DNA from: an uncultured Pontibacter sp.
GTDB taxonomy: Bacteria; Bacteroidota; Bacteroidia; Cytophagales; Hymenobacteraceae
Length of the DNA stretch: 64,000 nt
Assembly: GCA_966250805.1 (NCBI GenBank)
Contig: CBINIP010000014.1
Coordinates: forward strand, 12,600-76,599
Direction: 5' to 3'
Shown: piece by piece, positions 58,789-64,000 of the stretch
Layout: every line of letters starts with the position of its first letter
Numbering within the stretch: position 1 is the stretch's first letter
Notes under the pieces: generated by a model
What the model was told of the DNA's origin: nothing
The model's database searches: none
Seen by the model: the letters and a program-made list of their open reading frames with translations, nothing else
Position numbers and translations under genes: made by a program

Positions 58789-59385
58789 ATGTTTACAGGT
58801 ATAATTGAAGCACTGGGAAAAGTGGTGTCGGTACGCGAAGAAGGTACCAACAAGCATCTTACAATATGGTCGCCATTCACGAATGAACTGCAAATAGACC
58901 AGAGCGTAGCGCACAATGGTGTTTGCCTTACTGTAGTTGATATTGCAGGTGAAAACTATACCGTAACCGCCATTGATGAAACACTGAAGAAAACAAACCT
59001 GCATACGCTGAAAGCGGGGAATGTTGTAAACCTGGAGCGCTGCATGCAGGCTAACGGCCGCTTCGACGGGCACATTGTGCAAGGCCACGTAGACCAGACC
59101 GCTGTTTGCAAATCGGTAGTAGACGAAAACGGTAGCTGGATTTTCACCTTTAAGTATGATGCCTCATTGGGGAATGTTACCGTTGAGAAAGGCTCCATTA
59201 CTATCAACGGCATCAGCCTGACAGTGGTGAATTCAAAAGAGGATGAGTTCTCAGTTGCCATTATACCTTACACTTACGAACACACCAACCTGTATGAAGT
59301 TAAACCCGGTGATACTGTAAACCTTGAGTTTGACATTGTAGGAAAGTATGTGGCGAGGATGCTAGCTAGCAGAGGGCTGATTTAA
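58789..59385 (+). CDS. ribE: Riboflavin synthase (alpha chain)
   Basis: 198 aa. It starts MFTGIIE and has duplicated lumazine-binding repeats (SVAHNGVCLTV and SITINGISLTV). Confidence 0.93.
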   Translation: MFTGIIEALGKVVSVREEGTNKHLTIWSPFTNELQIDQSVAHNGVCLTVVDIAGENYTVTAIDETLKKTNLHTLKAGNVVNLERCMQANGRFDGHIVQGHVDQTAVCKSVVDENGSWIFTFKYDASLGNVTVEKGSITINGISLTVVNSKEDEFSVAIIPYTYEHTNLYEVKPGDTVNLEFDIVGKYVARMLASRGLI

Positions 59386-59974
59386 TTTTTGATTACTGGC
59401 TCATAATTTCATAGTAACCTTTGTATCCTCAGTCTTACCTGCCTATACTTTTATAGATGCTTTGGCTCGCTCCAAGCCCGCGGGGGCTCGTCCTTTGGCA
59501 TCGCGCTGTGGTGAGTCCTGCCTTCGGCTCCGCCTGCAGGCTGCCCTTAACGGGCACCGGACACACCAAGGCGCTCAACCCAAGGACTGGAAACAGGTTC
59601 GATTGCTGGCTGCTACGGAACTAGAACCAATCTGTATGGACAGGTCGCGATCTGTTCGTGCTATACTTGCAGCTATGTGACTCAAAATTGCAAAGGCAAA
59701 GGCCAAGTCCCCTCTCCTTGAGGAGAGGGCTAGGGTGAGGTGAATTGGCAACTACACAGCAACGACCTCAACCAAGTGCACCAAATGACGTGTCACTGTT
59801 CGAGCGTTCAGCGAGTTTGACGCGTCTTGATTCTTTTGCATACTTTTCTCATCAAGGAGAAAAGTATGGCCCAGCCGGCGAGGCGAAAGCTGACTAAAAG
59901 CGAAGAAGGTTCAAGTATAGAACTGACTTATCTGAAACTATAAAGCCGTATCATCTTTCGCAGGAGAATCTTCT
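59386..59974. other. 589-bp gene-free, locally GC-rich, hairpin-dense island between convergent genes (candidate ncRNA, decayed element or repeat)
   Basis: I see no credible ORF. 59461-59580 is about two-thirds G+C by my count. Stems include 59710-59717/59722-59729 (8 bp) and 59839-59850/59857-59868 (12 bp). Palindromes include CCCGCGGG (59477-59484) and GCCTGCAGGC (59532-59541). Confidence 0.5.
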
Positions 59975-60901
59975 CTACTTTACTATTAACCTATGGTAAC
60001 TCACACCATAACCACCCCAGATACCTAAACCGCCATTTATATTGGAACGGGTAGTATTAGGCGAGCCAATTGGGCTTCCGTTGCCGTTTTGTTCGCTTTC
60101 TATGGTAAACCAGAAGCGGTAATGTTCAAAATCAATGGAGCACCATTTTACAGTAATTGTATCGCCCTTCCCGAAGTAGCTATACTTGTCCATGTCTATA
60201 TCTTTCTGACCTCTTGGTTCGCCACGGTCCAGCGGATAATCAATGTAATCTGTGCCGTTAATGAATTCATCGGTAAAAACAGAAGCGAGCAGGCCCGGGT
60301 AAAATGGTTCGCTGTTGCGTTTGGTAAAGTAACGGGTATTGTTGCCTAAGGTATCAGGATCCCTGAAGCGGTAGTATAATGTAACAAGGCTATCTTCGTC
60401 GGCATCAGGGTGCGGTACTGTCCAGAGCGAATCGAGTGGCGAGAGGTTTGGGATGGTGGTGGCAGAAGTTAACACCTTTCCTTCGTGGCTGATGCGCAGT
60501 TTATACTTGCCGCCAAGCCTTCCTCTCAAGGCATCAGAAGTATAAATATAGAAATTCCGCTCTTTCAGTATACTTTTACTTAACCCCAACTGCTCCGAAA
60601 CCAAACGCTTTTGCTCTTCCGTGAAACTGGCAGATGCTATTTCCTGCAATACATAATCCTGACCCTCAGAAGTGACAACCACCTGCGCACCATGCACAAA
60701 GGCATCCTCAAAATCAGCATCTGAGAAACTACGGAAAACAGGTACTGAATGCGTTAGCACCACAATAGGCGGGGCATCCTGTTCAATATGTCCTTCAACC
60801 ACCAGTTGCGCATCGCCCTCTGGCAAATCCAGCGTCAGGTTTTCTTCGCAGCTTGTCAGCAACAGAACGAAAAACAGTAGCAAAAACAGCTTATTTCTCA
60901 T
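59975..60901 (-). CDS. DUF4249-family lipoprotein, the usual partner of the upstream TonB-dependent receptor
   Basis: 308 aa with lipobox LTSC. It starts 2 nt after the receptor stop. The pairing with a CarboxypepD_reg-type receptor is typical. Confidence 0.6.
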   Translation of the reverse strand: MRNKLFLLLFFVLLLTSCEENLTLDLPEGDAQLVVEGHIEQDAPPIVVLTHSVPVFRSFSDADFEDAFVHGAQVVVTSEGQDYVLQEIASASFTEEQKRLVSEQLGLSKSILKERNFYIYTSDALRGRLGGKYKLRISHEGKVLTSATTIPNLSPLDSLWTVPHPDADEDSLVTLYYRFRDPDTLGNNTRYFTKRNSEPFYPGLLASVFTDEFINGTDYIDYPLDRGEPRGQKDIDMDKYSYFGKGDTITVKWCSIDFEHYRFWFTIESEQNGNGSPIGSPNTTRSNINGGLGIWGGYGVSYHRLIVK

Positions 60902-60903
60902 GG

Positions 60904-63270
60904 TTAAAAACTAAAATTCCAGGTTACTGATGGCAACGGAAAAGGTATGATGGATACTTTTTTTGCCTGCACTTTCATATCAGAATTATAAGCTTCGCCT
61001 TCATTATCAATGTAGTACAGGAACGGATTCCGGCGACCATACACGTTATAGACTGAAAAGGTCCAGCTGGATTTAGCTTTCCAGATTGGTTTCCCTTCTA
61101 AGGTGGCAGAGAGATCAAGGCGGTGGAAAGGCTGCATCCGGAAGCTGTTGCGTTCGCCATACTGATAATTTAGATTTCCTTCTATGTAATAACGCCGAAC
61201 AGGCATGGTGGTAGCCTGTCCTGTACCATACACAAAGCTACTGCCAAAGGTCCAGCGGTCGTTATACTTGTAGGTAACCACCAAAGAGCCATCGTGCCGT
61301 CGATCGAAACGTGCCGGAAATTCTTTACCCTGGTTCAGCTCCGGAAACTGCCGGTTGGTGTACGACAAAGTATAGCCAAGCCAGCCCTGCAATGGCCCGT
61401 AGTTCTTCCGCAGGAAAAGCTCAATCCCGTACGATTCTCCGGTGCCACTTACAAATTCATACTCCAGGTCGCGGTTTGTAGGGCCGGGCGCGTAGCCCTC
61501 TCGGTACTCCAGCTGGTTCTGCATGGTTTTATAGTATACTTCCACAGAGCTTTCGTACTCATTCTTCCGGAAGTTCCTGAAATACCCTAAAGCATACTGC
61601 GTGGCACGTTGTGGCTCAACCAAAGCTGAGCTAGGCACCCAAATATCCAACGGTAACGTGGTGTAGGCATTTGATACCAGGTGCAGGTATTGCACCGATT
61701 GCGTATAGCCAGCTTTAACCGAAGCATTATCAGTTATTTTATACCGAACCGCAAGCCGTGGCTCCAGCGACTGAAACTCCTTTACACGCTGTCCTTTACT
61801 ATAGCTGACCGAATCAGAAACCTGTTCTTTCTCATTGTAAGTATACAAACTGAACGGGCCAACCTGCCTGAAATAGCTGCCACGCAAACCCATACTTAGC
61901 AGCAACTTGTCGGTCAGTGCCCAGTCATCAGAGAAATAAGCTGCTGCTTCGTGTGCATACTTTTGCCGCACCCGGTTAGTGCCAAATGTTATACCTTCTG
62001 TGTTTTCAGCAGAGCCGGTTCGTGGCCTGAGTTTGTGGTGCGTATACTGAAAACCATACTTTAACTGATGCCGGACATTCGGAATAAGGTCAAAATCAGC
62101 CTTGAGCGAGTAATCCTGCACGCCGGTTATCAGCACTGTTCTGAAGCCACCAAAATCCCAGTCGAAGTTGAAGTTATAGTTGCTGGTAATGGCAGAGAGG
62201 TTAACAAAATGCTTGTCATTGAAAAGGTGGTTCCAGCGGAGGGTGCCCGTGCCATTGCCCCAGTAAAATTTCGAGGTAAAGCGCCCTGAAGAAAGCTTCA
62301 GCCTGCCCACATCCCGGCCATAGTAGCCACTCAGGTAGAGCCTGTCTTTAGGTGTTACAGTATAGCTTATCTTGCCGTTAAGGTCATAGAAGTAGTAAGG
62401 AATGCCGCCTTGCTCTGTATTTTTCAGAAAAGGATTCAGCAAAGCATCTACATAAGTGCGGCGGGCTGATACTATAAACGATGCCTTTTCTTTAGCTATG
62501 GGCCCCTGCACCGACAAACGCGATGAAATTATACCGATACCTCCGTCCACTTTATACTTGCTCATGTCGCCATCTTTCATGGTTACATCCAGCACCGAGG
62601 AAAGCCTACCACCATATTGCGCCGGTATATTACCTTTTATAAGCGTAGAGTTACCAATGGCATCGCTGTTGAACACCGACAGGAAATTGAGCAGGTGCCC
62701 GGAATTGTATACCACGGCTTCATCCATCTGCACAAGGTTCTGGTCTGCGCCGCCGCCTCGCACATAAAAACCGGTATTGCCCTCGCCACCCGATTTTACA
62801 CCAGGCAGCAGCTGCACAGTTTTCAGAATATCGGTTTCTCCAAGCAGGGCCGGCAACACTTTTACGGTTTCGATGGGCAGATCAATTTGCCCCATGGCTG
62901 GTGTTTCGGTAACAGGAGGCTGTTTTGTTCCGATGATCTCTACTTCCTGCACGCCATAAGCGGAGGCCATCATACGAACGGTAAGTTGCTGGTTCCGGAA
63001 TAGCTGCACGGGCAATTCCAGCGGATTATAGCCGATGTACTTCGCTACCAAAGTATAGTTGCCGGCGGGTGCCTGAAGTATAAAATTACCGTCAGGTCCG
63101 GATACGGTGCCTGCTGCAGGTTTCTCTTTTAACAGTAGGGTAGCACCTGCCAGATATTCACCGGACACGACATCTACCACACGCCCACGCAAAGTATAAG
63201 ACTGTTGCGCCAGCGCCGGAAAAACCAGCAGAAGTGTAAAGTATAGGAAAGTATAAATTCTCGCTTGCAA
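60904..63270 (-). CDS. TonB-dependent receptor with an N-terminal carboxypeptidase-regulatory-like domain
   Basis: 788 aa with a TTG start. A signal peptide is followed by YTLRGRVVD...GATLLL (CarboxypepD_reg-like), a plug region, a beta-barrel and a terminal aromatic F. Confidence 0.8.
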   Translation of the reverse strand: MQARIYTFLYFTLLLVFPALAQQSYTLRGRVVDVVSGEYLAGATLLLKEKPAAGTVSGPDGNFILQAPAGNYTLVAKYIGYNPLELPVQLFRNQQLTVRMMASAYGVQEVEIIGTKQPPVTETPAMGQIDLPIETVKVLPALLGETDILKTVQLLPGVKSGGEGNTGFYVRGGGADQNLVQMDEAVVYNSGHLLNFLSVFNSDAIGNSTLIKGNIPAQYGGRLSSVLDVTMKDGDMSKYKVDGGIGIISSRLSVQGPIAKEKASFIVSARRTYVDALLNPFLKNTEQGGIPYYFYDLNGKISYTVTPKDRLYLSGYYGRDVGRLKLSSGRFTSKFYWGNGTGTLRWNHLFNDKHFVNLSAITSNYNFNFDWDFGGFRTVLITGVQDYSLKADFDLIPNVRHQLKYGFQYTHHKLRPRTGSAENTEGITFGTNRVRQKYAHEAAAYFSDDWALTDKLLLSMGLRGSYFRQVGPFSLYTYNEKEQVSDSVSYSKGQRVKEFQSLEPRLAVRYKITDNASVKAGYTQSVQYLHLVSNAYTTLPLDIWVPSSALVEPQRATQYALGYFRNFRKNEYESSVEVYYKTMQNQLEYREGYAPGPTNRDLEYEFVSGTGESYGIELFLRKNYGPLQGWLGYTLSYTNRQFPELNQGKEFPARFDRRHDGSLVVTYKYNDRWTFGSSFVYGTGQATTMPVRRYYIEGNLNYQYGERNSFRMQPFHRLDLSATLEGKPIWKAKSSWTFSVYNVYGRRNPFLYYIDNEGEAYNSDMKVQAKKVSIIPFPLPSVTWNFSF

Positions 63271-63324
63271 AACCTTTGATAGCTGTTCAAGATCAGGTAA
63301 AGAACAACAGATTACTGTAAAGGT

Positions 63325-63900
63325 TTAACGAACAAAGGAGGGGTATTTGTTCAGCCAGATAGTATAAGCAAGCGAACTTAAATAGGCAGTGAAAGCACCT
63401 ACCAATGCCCCGCCAATTATATCGCCCGGAAAGTGTACGCCCAGGTATATGCGGCTATAGGAAACCACAACGGCCCAGGTAACCAGAACTATCTTAAAAA
63501 TAAAGTATCGGTCCGAGAGTATCAGGTTGAAGAAAACGGCCAGCGCAAAACTGGTAGACGCATGCGAAGACAAAAAACCGAACTTGCCGCCACAGCCCTG
63601 CACAATATTAATCATTTCAGAAAGCTCAGGGTCGTGGCAGGGGCGAAGGCGCTCGAAAGCGGGCTTGAAAATGCCGGAGGCAACAAAATCTGCCAGGCCA
63701 ATGGCAACTATAGCCATCAGCAGCATAGGTATACTCTGGCGCTTGTAGCGGTAAATAATGTAGATGATCAGCAGCAGGTAAAAAGGAATCCAGACATACT
63801 TGTTGGAAGTATAGATCATCATGGTATCCCAGAACGTACTGTGCTGATCGTTCAGGAAAAGAAAAAGCTCTTTATCCAGCTTCTCTACCGCCTCAATCAT
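63325..63900 (-). CDS. PAP2-family phosphatase (membrane)
   Basis: 191 aa carrying the acid-phosphatase motifs KPAFERLRP, SSHAS and SRIYLGVHFPGD. Confidence 0.85.
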   Translation of the reverse strand: MIEAVEKLDKELFLFLNDQHSTFWDTMMIYTSNKYVWIPFYLLLIIYIIYRYKRQSIPMLLMAIVAIGLADFVASGIFKPAFERLRPCHDPELSEMINIVQGCGGKFGFLSSHASTSFALAVFFNLILSDRYFIFKIVLVTWAVVVSYSRIYLGVHFPGDIIGGALVGAFTAYLSSLAYTIWLNKYPSFVR

Positions 63901-63902
63901 AA

Positions 63903-64000
63903 TTAAATAACGTTTATCCAGTCAATGTCCTTTTTCAGGTAGTTCAGCGTCTGCTCTTCGGCACTGCCAGGTTCAGGTTTATGATTGTATACCCACGAAG
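63903..64000 (-). CDS. C-terminal end of an unidentified CDS that runs off the right edge
   Basis: The open minus-strand frame reads ...SWVYNHKPEPGSAEEQTLNYLKKDIDWINVI with a stop at 63903-63905, 2 nt before the PAP2 start. The product is unknown. Confidence 0.4.
   Translation of the reverse strand, partial: SWVYNHKPEPGSAEEQTLNYLKKDIDWINVI

Noticed and set aside
59590-59610. A GGTTCGATT string resembling a tRNA/tmRNA T-loop. I also checked the island for tmRNA, RNase P and SRP RNA hallmarks.
   Set aside because: There is no flanking T-stem or acceptor stem complementarity. I found no GGGGCUGA 5' end, no GAGGAAAGUCCGGGC (RNase P), and no SRP GGAA/AGCA domain. I found no tRNA gene anywhere in the window.
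59462-59680. A 72-aa + strand ORF inside the GC-rich island (MARSKPAGARPLASRCGESCLRLRLQ...).
   Set aside because: Its R/A/L/S-rich translation is typical of a random frame through GC-rich DNA. It has no promoter box, no homology I recognise, and a non-ATG start context.

Overview
This window is about 64 kb of densely packed core chromosome with roughly 57 protein genes. I saw no rRNA, tRNA, CRISPR array, transposase or integrase. The source is a Bacteroidota bacterium, probably Cytophagales-like. Support for that: TAnnTTTG -7 promoter boxes in front of many genes, a type III glutamine synthetase, long-form IspG, a TonB-dependent receptor + DUF4249 pair, and the conserved block miaB / sigma54 activator / lptE / TPR protein / secG / groES / groEL. 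Gene content is housekeeping: pckA (partial), a POT peptide transporter, groESL, secG, miaB, miaE, mtaB, pabB, a pabC-like gene, nif3, lpxK, glnN, ispG, leuS, alaS, gatB, thyA, dprA, ribE, pcm, slyD and acpH, plus transporters and envelope proteins. I could not identify a novel protein-coding system such as a defence, toxin or secretion cluster. The unusual signals are at the DNA level. (1) A dispersed octamer, AAGTATAA/TTATACTT, is over-represented. I counted about 100 copies by eye (about 150 for the 7-mer core) where roughly 3-5 are expected. Copies sit in all reading frames, in both orientations and in intergenic DNA, and they often form inverted pairs that build terminator hairpins. (2) Short 7-bp-period tandem arrays occur in several intergenic regions. 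(3) A 589-bp gene-free, locally GC-rich, hairpin-dense island lies between the convergent ribE and DUF4249 genes. (4) A small Cys/His/Met-rich secreted protein is encoded divergently from an MMPL/RND transporter. All counts and coordinates come from reading the sequence by hand. All family assignments rest on remembered motifs, not on searches.
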